Source: Fistulifera solaris (Eukaryota). From it: 64,000 bases of DNA. The notes under the pieces were generated by a model that made no database searches, had not been told where the DNA came from, and was given only the letters and a program-made list of their open reading frames with translations. Below are positions 12,825 through 25,145 of the stretch, one piece after another. Both the position numbers and the translations under genes were made by a program. Within the stretch, counting starts at the first letter, position 1. Every line of letters begins with the position of its first letter. The stretch covers positions 992,001-1,056,000 of the forward strand of contig AP026137.1 of NCBI GenBank assembly GCA_030295235.1, read 5' to 3'.

Positions 12825-14150
12825 GTGCCTTCTGGTGAAAGACTTTGCAACAACGCCGGCAAAATGAAGACAATACATCGACATCGACAAAAACGTCGTT
12901 TCCTTTCTACAGAAACTGCCGCTTTTCTTTGCTTGCTTCTTGTGAACAGCGTTCATGTCACTAAATCGTTTTTGTACCCACAATCAACACGCTATCAATC
13001 TACTGATTCGGCGGGTAGGCAGAGATTCTCTGACAATCAACGAGAAATGAAGAATCATCATGATTGCGCTTTTGTAAGAGCGGAGAGGTCGCCAAGGGAG
13101 GATGCAGCGACCCAGAATGAACAAATAGTCGCTTTGAATCATATGACAAGACGATCCATGATAATAGGCTCATTCATCACGGCAGGAGCTATTCTTTCTG
13201 TCGGCACAGAGGCTGGTGCACAAGAACCCACGGACTCGTCCACACTTTTATCATCCATTTCCACAGCAGCTAGCGTCGACTGGTCGGCCATCTTGGCCAA
13301 GGCTGGTAAGAAAGCTTTGGGTGGAGGCACTGCGGGGGCTTCGGCGTCGGTAGTACAGGTTCTATCTCTCATGTGGCTGCGTACGACCATGAATTATCAA
13401 TATCGATACGGTGGGAGTCTCCCCAACGCCTTGTCAACGCTCTGGTCCGAAGGTGGAATACCTCGATTCTATCAAGGTTTGCCTTTTGCTCTCGTACAAG
13501 GACCTTTGACTCGATTCGGTGATACTGCAGCAAACGTGGGTATCATTGCTTTGCTCGAATCACTGCCGCAAACTAAAGAACTTCCGCTCCCGGTCAAGAC
13601 GGCTTGCGGAAGTATCACGGCCGGTCTTTGGCGTATCTTTCTCATGCCCGTGGATGCCAGTAAAACCTCTTTGCAAGTGGAAGGCGCCGATGGATTGAAG
13701 CGGCTGTGGGAAAGTGTGCGTGAAAGTGGACCGGCGCCACTCTATCGTGGGGCACTGGCACAAGCTGCCGCGACGACGGCCGGTCATTTTCCGTGGTTCT
13801 TGACCTTTAACTTTCTCAATGAACAACTTCCCGCTGTCTCTTCTTCCGACGATCTGCTTCTCTCTCTGGCCAGGAGCGCGTTTGTGGGGATGTCTGCATC
13901 ATGTGTCTCAGATTGTGTCTCCAATAGTCTTCGTGTGATCAAAACGACCAAACAAACAGCACAACTAGGCAACGATACCACTATCAAACAGAAAGAACTA
14001 TCGTATCCAGAAGTGGTGCAGATCATCATTGAAAAAGACGGCATCATTGCTCTTTTTGGTCGTGGCTTACAAACTCGGTTACTAACAAACGCCATCCAAG
14101 GAGCGGCGTTCAGCGTGCTCTGGAAGTACTTTCAGCAAGTTGGGTCGTAG
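12825..14150 (+). CDS. Mitochondrial carrier family (SLC25) protein with a plastid-type N-terminal extension
   Basis: Three carrier repeats (LMWLRTTMNYQ, MPVDASKTSLQ, NSLRVIKTTKQ; EGGIPRFYQG, DGIIALFGRGLQTR). The start may be the ATG at 12863. Confidence 0.85.
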   Translation: MPSGERLCNNAGKMKTIHRHRQKRRFLSTETAAFLCLLLVNSVHVTKSFLYPQSTRYQSTDSAGRQRFSDNQREMKNHHDCAFVRAERSPREDAATQNEQIVALNHMTRRSMIIGSFITAGAILSVGTEAGAQEPTDSSTLLSSISTAASVDWSAILAKAGKKALGGGTAGASASVVQVLSLMWLRTTMNYQYRYGGSLPNALSTLWSEGGIPRFYQGLPFALVQGPLTRFGDTAANVGIIALLESLPQTKELPLPVKTACGSITAGLWRIFLMPVDASKTSLQVEGADGLKRLWESVRESGPAPLYRGALAQAAATTAGHFPWFLTFNFLNEQLPAVSSSDDLLLSLARSAFVGMSASCVSDCVSNSLRVIKTTKQTAQLGNDTTIKQKELSYPEVVQIIIEKDGIIALFGRGLQTRLLTNAIQGAAFSVLWKYFQQVGS

Positions 14151-14274
14151 TGCAGTCAAAAGAGAATAACCACTCTTTCGATTCTTTCATGACTCACAGC
14201 AATGTTGTGTTCTTTTATAAGCTTTAATATTAACTTAATAATTGTAGCATTTTCTTCTCCTTCCTATTCTATAC

Positions 14275-15846
14275 TCATGTCGAATCTTTGTCGTCACTAC
14301 TTGCTTGAACCACTTCCGAAAAGCTTGATCTTCGAATTTTGATCAAACTCAGTTGCCCAAACTCATCCACAATAGTGTCCTCAATAACATCATTCGACTG
14401 GAGCTTTTGAAAAGGTCAAAGCCTTCAATGATGTATCCGAATGGCGCAAATTCGCCGTCCAGTAAATCGCGTTTGTTTTCAAGCACACTTGTCTCTTGCA
14501 AAGCAAAAAATTCAGAAGACGCCCCATTCAATAACCGGTCTGGATGATTCATAGCTACCAACCCAGGTGTCCGAAAGCTAAGCAAGGGTTTACTTTGATC
14601 AGCGGACTCTAAAGATACATCGGGAAGACTGGACAAGCCTTGTGAATAGGTCAACACAGGCACGCCACTTTGTTCTTCCCGAATGATTTCCAAAGGCAGA
14701 TGACGCGGTTTACCGGTAAGCGGATCATAAAAGCCTTCTTGGAATTGCCCTAGTATGGGCAAGCTGGCTACTTCAAACTCCGATCCGCGGACCAATTTCT
14801 TTCGAATCGTCTTGACCGGCAATCCGGTGTAGAAGTTACGTATAGATAGATCGACGAAATTCCCGGCCGTAATCGGAGCCGTATAGCCGTCCGCCAGGAT
14901 GGTGATATTGCCAAGAATGTTGCGATTCCGTCGCATCACGAACGTGACACGAGCACGTCCTTGTAAACGAGGAAGATAGGAAAACATTCCCTGTGTCGGA
15001 ACTTCATACGGGAACTTGGGAACCAACAACTCTCCTACTTCACTCCAAAGATAACAAAGCTTTTCGTTGCACAAGACTAAAGGCTGTTGCATTTCGCTGC
15101 TGCGCCGCCGACACCAAGTCTACCAATTGGCTGCGAAGCTCTTCGACACGGCGCTCACATGTTTCTCCCTTGAGAATCTGTAACAAGGTCGCATCCTCTG
15201 GATTAAAGGCGAAATTAAACTGACTCCGTTTCGTATCGAGTTCTCGGATTGCCAGCTCGATACTTTTGGAGGTGACATCCCACGTACGCGCATCGATCGG
15301 ATCTGCACTATTAATGGCAGACGCGTCGTCTAATATCGTCACCAGATTGTTGAATAGCGTATTTTTTACGGGTAACACTTTGAGGAGACATAATTCCACA
15401 CTTGATTGATAGTTCTTGTCGGAAAACGAAGGCGACAGTGCCGAGTTTTTGATCGAATTTCGTCGAGGTGATAGCACGTATAACGATGAAGCATCTCGAG
15501 AGGCACTCGCTCTTATTTGCATGGCTTGTAATACAGACGTTGCATCTGCCGGTAACGGCAGCATAGTTGAGGAAAGAGAGAGAATACTTCCCGCGGAAGC
15601 AATGATTCTTCGACGCTTGGCATCAAACTCGTCATTGACGGAGGCCGACAGAGAAATGGATGCCGATTTATTGTCAATTTGAAGTTGACGACGAAGAACC
15701 TCGTTGCCGAGAAGAAACGTCCAACAAGATTCTACAAAGCAAAGAAAAGCGACGAAACAACTTGCTTTTATCATCAACGGCAGAACTGATTTATAGATTG
15801 ATGAGCAAAGTAAGGATGTGATTGTTGTTTGTGTTTGCATCATCAA
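14275..15846 (-). CDS. Thylakoid-lumen cyclophilin-type PPIase, CYP38/CYP37-like (frameshifted)
   Basis: DGYTAPITAGNFVDL, AMNHPD..NGASSEFF and LDGEFAPFGYIIEG motifs. Signal peptide plus twin-Arg KRRRIIASAGSILSLSSTMLPLPADA. Frameshifts near 15060 and 14410; probable stop at 14275. Confidence 0.85.
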
Positions 15847-16292
15847 TAACCAATAACGTCAATAAAATCTTTTTTTACGATCGTGATTCGCATTTTCTTC
15901 AGTCCCGCATCAACGGAGTAAAATAGGGAGTACGCCGGTACCGGTATACTCCGTAGTAAACAGACTAAGGACACTACTGTACCAGTATTCGAGCTGTTGT
16001 CCACCCTCGCGTCGCGACATTCAAGAATATTCAAAAACTGAAATCAAATGAACATAAAAAGCAGCAACTATAATACATTTGACAGGGATCAGACCTCACC
16101 GCGCTCCATGGTGAAATGGTTTCGTCAACCTGAGAAGATGAGATAGACGCTACCGTCAAACGAATACAAAAGCAGGCTCACTGGATAAAAACATTTGCAT
16201 TCTGCTCAACAAGTGGGCCTCAAAGGATCTGTGAAGTCGGTCGATAACAGCCAAGAATGACGTGGCATGATGGTCGATGAAGCGTCCCGCAA

Positions 16293-18775
16293 TCAATTCT
16301 TAAAATCGAACCGAGGTTGAACAGAAATCAGTCCTAACTTTTTGATAGACCAACGATCTAATAGCTCACGTGGAGGAGGTATGAGCACAATCCGGTGGGC
16401 CCATAAAACATTCGCTATGGCCTGAGCACTGGTTTCCTCAATATTATCCAACAGGATGGAAGAAAGATACTTGAACACTTCTTCATCTCGAATATTGAGT
16501 CGGCCCATAGAATAAAGTATATTGGCAGCTTCTTGCGTCGAAGGTTTGATGGGAACCAATCCGTCGGATTTCGTAAAACGCCGAGTCAGATCATATATTG
16601 CTTTGAATTCTTCGCTCTTGATTCGCGATAGTGCCAAAAGGACATTCGCAATCTCTTGCGTGTTCAGTTCATGAGCGAGCTCTTGCGCCCGACGGATAAG
16701 AGGACGCGTCACATCCGGGTCGGATATTTGCAACATGCCAAGTGCCCATAACGATTGAGTGACATCCCTGCTGGTAAGATCAGGCGCGTAAATACCCAAA
16801 TACTGAGACATTTCAAAAGCAGCTTGTGCAAATGGAAGCTCTTCATCGTGCTCTTGAATATCGTCTTCGTCTGAAATTCCATATCCTAGACCGCCCAACG
16901 AGCCTTTAGTAAACGCCCATCTATCCAACAGCACCAGTAGCACATCGCAATCGACTTACCGCACATCTTCCCACAGGCCCACAAGCTCTGCGCAACTTGA
17001 CGTAGCTTGACTGTTTCATCGCTCGTCCGAATACGATCGGCCATCTGAGAAGAGAGATGGTCGAACACACCCATGTCTTGTACAAAGGATGCTTTTCCAT
17101 AAGCATACAAAGCGGTTGAAATGTCCAGCACCGACATGTTGACTGTGAGCAGGTGTTCGCCTAGTACCGAAAAAAACTCGCGAAAGGATGTTTCGGCGTT
17201 CTTCTGCATCACCGGGATCGTCCCAATTCTCACTAAATGAAAAAATAGCCGTGAACGAGCCAAGTAGTCGACATGCTATCTTGGAGGAGCAGTTCATCGT
17301 TACCTCTGGCTCCAAAACGCGGTTTGCCAACGCAAGAATTGCATTCTTGTTGTAAAGCCGGACGGAATGCAGAAACCACAGAAAGTTGGAGATGTGATCA
17401 GCGCTGGTTTTCGTAACGAAATCAGGCCGTTGGAGGAGTTCCAATAGTTTTTGTTTGAATGGCATGACGAGAAGTTCGTTGGAGGGAACGGCGACTGGAG
17501 GTTGTCGCAGAGATTGCAACAGACCAACCTTCTTTTTTTGTGCGTCGTCAGTCTCCATTTTGGGAATAGCTAACACTGCATACCTCAAGACACTGCTAAC
17601 AATCCAAGGATCGACTATACCAGACAATACCGCCGGGTCGCTTTCCAAAACTTTGCCTATTCTGCGAACAATTGGAATCGTTTTGAATTTGGCCGACAAC
17701 AAAAATACATCCGATAAGAGTGCGAGTTCCCGGAGTGTCGCCTTTTCAATCAGAAATTTGGAGTTCGATTCTAATCGATTCATGATTGTAGTGCGCAAGG
17801 TATCCTCTGGATTCAGACTTAAGTCGCGTGATACTTGCCACAATAAGTAAGCTTCTGATGGACTTGTGGGGCTGTCCGCTTGACTTTCGGTTGCCTTGAA
17901 GAATTCCGCAGCCAAAGTATAGTACGCAACTCGCAGTTCTTTTGTAAATTCCTCTGATATGTCAAAACGAGCAGCCATCTTCAGTAACTTTTGAATAGCC
18001 TTTAAAATTTGCACCAGAGTGTTGCGATCCAACTGTGTTCGTACATTGTGCTTTCGCACGCGTCGTAAATAAGGTTTCAGCAACACCGTTTCCTCATGTT
18101 CGAACTCGCGGTTTAGGAAACTGAAAGAAAGAATTGTTCTTATGATCTCATTGTCATTGATACGTCCCATTGCATCCCCCTTTGCAAGTCGCTGACAAAT
18201 TGAGTTGTAAAGTTTGTCTTTTTACAACCTAGTAACATCCCCAGTCGAAGCAATTTGACCAGACGATGCGGCTTTTGGCTAGAGACGAGATGCTCACTGA
18301 AAGCTGACATTTTCTCAAACCACCGCCGCCCGTACGCCTCTAACTCCAATTCACTCATATTCCCCTCCTTCGCATACGGACTGGTCACAAGAGCCGACAA
18401 GGAAATCAATGAGCTGGTCACTCCCACCGCTGGATAAGCTTCTCGATCATTCATTATCTGTTCATCCAGTGCACGTAAATGATCCGGTATCAGGTTCATC
18501 GCTTCAAATTGCTGACCGGCTAGAAGCAACTGTGTCGTTCGTTTGAATGCAACAGCCGTAGCATTCAATTGCTGTTTTCGGCCACCGCCCCATTCTTCTT
18601 CAATACAAGCTATTGTGTTGCATTCTTGAAACACGTTACGTCGTGTTTGCTCTACTAATAGCTGAATGCGACTATTTCTTTGCGATACAAATGCGAATTG
18701 AGTCGAAAAGGCTTCAATGCGATAACAATACGGTTGTAACAAAGCTAGCAGCAGCAACAAGCCCGCGAGTGACAT
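16293..18775 (-). CDS. Plastid-targeted helical-repeat (OPR/HPR-like) putative RNA-binding protein, paralogue A
   Basis: Signal peptide ending IEA-F. Repeats QVAQSLWACGKM, DVTQSLWALGML, QEIANVLLALSRI, QEAANILYSMGRL and QAIANVLWAH. Split over four ORFs by frameshifts and an intron (donor at ~16959). Confidence 0.7.
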
Positions 18776-18975
18776 AGCAGCCGGTTATAGCATTTCCCAA
18801 CTCAAGAAAAGAACTGAATGAATTACGGTAAGCTTTCTTCTCTTTAAGAAAATCGAAAGAATGAGCTATTACCTAAAAGTGGAGCTAAAGAGGCAAAGAG
18901 GTATTGTCGTTCTTTGCGCGATGCAAAACTTTTTTATGTGTTGAACCGATTGCGGGAAATGTATCTTTGCACGAC

Positions 18976-19105
18976 GGGAGACTTCCGTTAGGTCTCCAAC
19001 CAGGGTGAACCTCTTCCGATAGCTCTCCCGTTAGGAGAGACGTTAACTGACTACATTCAACTTTACAGTAGAGTACGCGCCATTGGATGTGGTACTAATT
19101 ACTTA
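18976..19105 (+). repeat. Left terminal inverted repeat of the MULE (130 bp)
   Basis: Perfect reverse complement of 24712-24841. Confidence 0.95.
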
Positions 19106-19275
19106 AAGGCCTTCCATCCATCATTAGTTCTACTTAGGTCACGCACAATAACCGCACAATCGTTCGCGTTGTGCGTTTGTTCCGTTCCGACTGCCGACAA
19201 GATGATCAGAACGCTGCATTCCTTATTGTCATAGTTGCCCTTCCGTTCCTACTGTTGCTCTTTTACAACATTAAC

Positions 19276-21600
19276 ATGTCGATCATTGAAGCGAAGGGCG
19301 ACGATCATTCGTCACGATTATGCAAAAATATGGGGCACTTCCTCCAACCGGTCCGTATGATTTTGAAAAGTTTCTCTATGACAAACCGATCCCTGAGGAT
19401 GATCACGAGGAGCTTCTCCGCAGCATCGCTTTGTGTAATGCGATCGAAAGCTCTTACGAGATGTCAGCAAGCACGGAGAAAGCCCTTGCTACGTGTGCAC
19501 TTGCTGCAAAACGTTCTCACTTAAGTTCAAGGAAGAAAACGGCGAACTTCGATTGCTACGACCATCCTAGTACTAACTTCAGGCACAGTTTGTTTTGCAC
19601 TCCAACAAACGACCTCCCAAAGGACTGCCGCAGAAAATCAATGATAGTGCAGAACATTCCTGCTGTTCAAGACTTCTTCAAAACATGCTTCCAGGCACCA
19701 AACTTCGACAGTCATGCTACTCGCAAGAATCTCAACGCCGTCCTCAGGAAAGAGGGTTTCGACATCGAAGTTGGCCCGACAATGCATTCAAATCTCAAGA
19801 AACACTTCCGTGAGGTCTACCGAAAGGATTTGTTGATGTACAATGAGCTGTTGGCCCAGTATCTTCGGAAATATGTCGAGCTAAATCCAAATGCCTCCGT
19901 CAATTTAGAAACTGACCAGAACTCATGCTTTTTTCGGTCAACTGTGTTCATTGAGAATGCCGCGCACTTCTTTAGAAATGCCTGCATTCCTGCAATCTTT
20001 TAGACGGAACACACATCCGTATACCCGAACACGATGGAATTGGAGTCCCGATCATAGGGGTCGATGGAAATGGAAGTAACATTCCACTTGGTTTTGGGTT
20101 GATTCCCTCGGAAAACAAGCAAGGGATGATATATATCCTTCTCATGATGTATCAAGCTGGGTTCAATTTCGAAGAGTTTCCAGTATTCACTGACCGAGGA
20201 CACATTCGCCGCTGTCCGAGCGTTGGCAGAACATTATGGACTGGTTGTTTCCGTGAAGTATTGCTTGATTCATATTCTTCAAACATTTACCATCTATTCA
20301 ATATCAATCAACGATCGGCGAGAGGGCAGAGCGGTCGCTTGGTTTATGCAGCGAGATGCAAAGCTCCAGATGTTAACGCCTTCTTGGATGCTGCGAAGAA
20401 GCTTGTCAAAGCGCTTCCACAAATTGAAGAAAACGAAACTCTTAGTACCGGTGCGCGAATTGTTATCTATGTTCTTGGGACAATTCATCCTACTCATTGG
20501 ACTGTGTTTGGAAATACACCGAGTCAACATGAATCTATGTGGGAGCCCCTATATTTTACCTATCTAGCTGAAGTGAATGGCTTCACAGAGATAAGTGGAG
20601 ACGTCGGCGAATGGAGGTGGTTGCTCAACGATCACGTGCCAGTTGGAAACAAGTTCCCTTTATATGGTTTCTGTTCAACAAATCATGTCGAATCGGCCCA
20701 GCAGTGGCTTCTACATCATGAAGTGAGGACTAATACCCCTCCACTAGCCATTTCTAACTTTTTGATGGCGGCTGCCGAATCTCTTCGACAATTTCGAGAT
20801 GAAATAACAACCAAATCTGCTAGGTTCCTCACCATATACTTTCGAAGCTTGCAAGATACAGGCAATGAAGATCTAGATTTTGTAATAGAGGATGCTGAAG
20901 GATGCCCGATGGCAGTTTGAAATTCAAATTGTGCGGCTGAAAAGCACAAGAAGACGGAGTATGTTACTTATGAACCCACGAGCACTCCGTCCCTGTACTG
21001 CTCCTGCAGTAGAACAGCGATGCGGAAATCTACTGCGGCCACATCAACCTTGTTTCACGCATTACAAGATCCTCAACTTGGCCCTCAATCCCACCCTCTG
21101 TGTTTTCGCGAATTCTCACGAAGAGTTTGGAAAAGTTCCGACAAGTGGTGATCGTCAGCTTCCTTACAGAGTTTCTTAACAACTATCCGCTGACTTGACG
21201 TCCCGGGATTTGGGGATATCAAGCTTGCTTATCAATCAGAAAACATTTATCCATCACCAACTTACACTGACAAGCTTAACTCGGGGGAACAGAATAATCA
21301 GTAATGGTGAACCGGGACCACGTAAGTCAAAGAAAAAGAAGCAATCGGCGCTGGAATCAGCACGAATGACAAAGGAGTATGAGCCAAGTTCAAAGAACAA
21401 GCTCAGTCGAAATAACGATGCAATAGCAGAAGCGATTGCCGCCCGATGGTCTGTTTGATTTTGGGACCAAACCAAAGGCGGAACACATGCAACAGCTAGA
21501 ATCAACTCTTGGACGCCAGCGTAGAGACGGCAAGCCCTTACCTCGGCACTGCTTTCACTGCAGATCACCCGAATCACACAATTCGACAGTGTCTGGACTA
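19276..21600 (+). CDS. MULE transposase (DDE core, SWIM finger, CCHC knuckle), fragmented by frameshifts
   Basis: From ~20000: LDGTHIRIPEHDGIGVPIIGVDGNGSNIPLGFGLIPSEN, then VFTDRG and TNHVES. SWIM-like LYCSCSRTAMRK/YCGHI at ~20993-21055 and CFHCRSP/HTIRQC at ~21547-21592, each read across a 1-nt frameshift. Boundaries are approximate. Confidence 0.85.
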
Positions 21601-23795
21601 CCTCAAAGATGATCGAAGGTACATGGATCCTGCATTACTTGAAACTGGCGCAATTCTGGTCAACCATTTCCCAACATGCGTCATTGACATGGATGCAGGA
21701 ATTACTTCTGAAGATTTGGACAACGATGATACCTCCGGAGGACATGGCCTTCACAATATTGACAAGATTGGCTTAGTAGAAGACTCTGATGCAGCCAATG
21801 CCATTGTCCAGTCACGGATTTTAAAGCTTACTGGAGAAGACGCTGCAGAAATTCACGCTGAAGACGACAACGAAAATAACTATCTTCTGGATATGGACCT
21901 TGCTCCGTCAGGTAGTAACCGAGATATTGTAGTAATTATTCGTGACAAGGATTACACGGAAAGAAGAAGTCACGAACAAGAATTGACCATGGTTGATGAT
22001 GTCGAGGGTAGGCATCCATGACGATTCCCGTCTGAACAGTGCACACTCGGGTCATCTGTCGACAATTCTAGAGGATGAAGATGTGGAACCAAGCACCGCA
22101 CATAATGCTTTTGCCTCAAGTCCCGCAACAACAGAATATTCAGTAAATGAAATGCCAACAACTAGAACAAAGAGGAGATCCAAACAAGTAACGAATTTAA
22201 AAGCATGAAGGCAAGTCCATCTACCGCAAAGTCATCGATATTGAAGACAGCGACCGCATCCAGACCGAATTTGAAACCACCGCCGACCACAACAGCTTGT
22301 GCTTCCAGTCCAGCAACAACAGATTTTTCATTAGTCAAAATGGCAACGAGAAAGAGGAAAACGGCCGAAACAGCCACCAAATCAAAAAGCTGAAGGAACA
22401 AGTCCCGCCACAACTGATTCGTCAATCTTTGAGAGGCCGACCATGAAGAGTCAAAATCTGAAGCCACCACCTGATATCAGAGCTCATGCCTTGACTATCG
22501 AGTCTTCAATGAATGAGAATACAACACAAAAAGGAAAAGATCGAAACTGACAGCAAATTCCAGAGCCAAAGGCCCGACTCATGCCCGTAAAAAGAAGTTG
22601 AAACCGCCACCGATTGCAGAAGCAAAAGCAGGAAGTCCCGCCACAGCAGTTTCTTCCATAGTTGAGATGCCAACTATGAAGAGGGGTAATCTGAGAGCAC
22701 TGCCAAGATCTCATTCGAAACAGTCCAACAACCGAAGTATCACGATTCCTGAAGATATGATTATAAAGATACCGAAGACAGAACCCACTAATGCAAGTCC
22801 CGCCACGTCTGCTAGTGACGATTCATCACATGTATTTAAAAGGCGATTAGACATCCAAAAGAAGAATGCAAGTCCCGCCAAATCCGGTAATCTCAGTGAC
22901 GATTCGTCGCATTTCCTGAAAATGCCGCTAGATCTGCGAAGAAAGAACTTGGCACAAAATGAAGCGCTCTCAAGTTCATTTTCAGTGGGTATTCCGAAAA
23001 CCAGAAGAACTTCGTGAGAGCTATAACAAGTCCCGCTACTGCCACTAGTGGGACCTCATCACAATTCTTGAGAACACCCTTCGACCTGAGACGGTAAGAT
23101 TGTAGATCCCAGAAATGAAAATCAATTTTCATTACGTCGACAACAAGTAAGGCAAATTGGAGTAGCCCCTTTGCAACCCCCAGTCATTACTGATGAACCA
23201 TCAAAGATCGTATCCTATTTTTACGACACAGCTTATCCATTTGTGGGAACCATTGAGCAATTAAATTGTTTGGTTCAAGAACACGAGTTTGATATTCCAG
23301 AATCATTTCACGGAAAACGGAAACAAATGATTTAACGATGAAAAGAAGGGCTTCAACCCGAAAACGCAAGGCGCAAACCAGCGAGGACTTGTGAGTGAGA
23401 ACAATATTGCAATCCACGTGCGCGGAATACTCTTGCAGAGACAGCAAAAGGAAAGAAGTGGAATAGAATCATTTATCACTGTAGGGACAAGAAAGAATGG
23501 AAACGATCTGATTTACAACAAAGAAGATGCCAGGGGATCTCTTCGGTCACTCCTTTTTGCAATCCAGTGCAAAGGGGGCGTTGATAAAGGTCGTGAGTCG
23601 TCACGACCTGAAGAGGGAAAGAAGCATCATATCAAGGTGCTAGAGTGGTGCCACGGCATCCATAACCAGTGAATGCCTTGAAATTATGAACTCGCAATGT
23701 TATTTCAATGACGCTGATTGTGAACAGTTTCCTTGAAAGCATAACAAGCAAGACCGTGAACGGATGAGGGAGTTATTGCACACCCGTCGTATGTC

Positions 23796-24345
23796 ATGAG
23801 TAATCTGTGGGATTCCGCCAACCAAAATATTAAGAGAGAGGGTAGACTGCAGCTTAGTTCAGCGTTTGTGGCATTGAATTCTATGACAAAATCGAACAAT
23901 TTGGGCATTCATTTATTCCCTATGTGCAAGGAGAGGCACTGGTGGTTGATGGTGGTTGATGCCGATAATCGAGTTATTTATTCGCTCGACTCCCTCGAAG
24001 ATCCGGACGATCACTACTCTAATGCTGTCTGGCTTTCAGGTTTATTTAAATTCGCGTGCGGTGAGGCAGCAATTAGAATGCGCGTCAACAAGCGAGCAGC
24101 AGGAATCAACATTACCCGATTTAGCTCCGTGGGAATACCAAGAAATGCGTCTTCCCAATAAACTATTGCAACATGATGGCCATAGTTGCGGACCATATGT
24201 ATGTTTTTATGCGGCGACAATTCTGAAACATGGTCGACGTGCCCTCAATGAGAGGACATGGTTCCTTGACTCTATTTCGGAGATTGGAGTCGGAGATGAT
24301 CTCCGACCTTTTGTATTTGATGTTATGTTTCAATTGGCTGAATGA
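23796..24345 (+). CDS. Ulp1/SENP-like (peptidase C48) cysteine protease domain inside the MULE
   Basis: HLFPMCKERHWWLMVVD..RVIYSLDSL (His, Asp) and LLQHDGHSCGPYVC (Gln, Cys) occur in two overlapping frames. May be the C-terminus of a longer or spliced product. Confidence 0.85.
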
Positions 24346-24711
24346 CACGTATAGAGTAATGTGTGATATTAATCAACCAAGTCTAGTTTGAAACTGAAAT
24401 TGTGTAGATTGGGTTTTGATTATTTACACGAAGTAGTTTTCGACGAAAGCCTTGATCGGTGGAAGGTCACGTAGGCTGGGTTTTTCTTTATTGGAAGGTC
24501 AGCGCTCGCTGCATCAGGGTCACGTAGGCTGGTTTTTCTTTATTGACAATTGAGAGCGGTCGCGCTCGCTGACTTTTCTTTATCAAGAGCGGTCGCGCTC
24601 GCTGACTATTGTTTATTGAGGATTTGGTTATCTTAGAGGGGTGATTCATGAATCATCCGGGACTGTCATTCATAAGGCTTTGTTACTTTATCGAGCAACC
24701 TAAGTAGATTC

Positions 24712-24841
24712 TAAGTAATTAGTACCACATCCAATGGCGCGTACTCTACTGTAAAGTTGAATGTAGTCAGTTAACGTCTCTCCTAACGGGAGAGCTATCG
24801 GAAGAGGTTCACCCTGGTTGGAGACCTAACGGAAGTCTCCC
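24712..24841 (-). repeat. Right terminal inverted repeat of the MULE (130 bp)
   Basis: Perfect reverse complement of 18976-19105, followed by the TSD. Confidence 0.95.
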
Positions 24842-25145
24842 TTGCACGACTGCAATCCTGTCACGAGAAATACGTGCTAATGCTATGGCTATAATCTACG
24901 GTGCATTTTTTGGGATATTGGGTCGATGATCGACGTAAAAATAAAAAAAGTATAGCAATCGCCTATAGATCAAAGTGAAAATGTATTTGCTTGACAACGA
25001 GACGACTGATATACCAGGTAAAACCATCAGGGGCAACTAAAACAATAGAGGATTTAGTCTGCCGTGGCATGATCGAAAAATCTTTTTAATTACTTGGACT
25101 GCCTTTTTAAAAATAATCAAATCAATAAAAAGTTTAGTCCCGCAA

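Larger units (their letters stand above)
18976..24841 (+). mobile_element. Mutator-like (MULE/MuDR) DNA transposon, full length, 130-bp TIRs, 9-bp TSD TTGCACGAC
   Basis: 18976-19105 is the exact reverse complement of 24712-24841 (GGGAGACTTCCGTTAGG...). TTGCACGAC is directly repeated at 18967-18975 and 24842-24850. MULE transposase motifs lie inside. Confidence 0.95.

Noticed and set aside
16100..16170. tRNA-like start GCTCCATGGTGAAATGGTT
   Set aside because: No T-loop (GTTCGA) or acceptor-stem partner at the expected distance.
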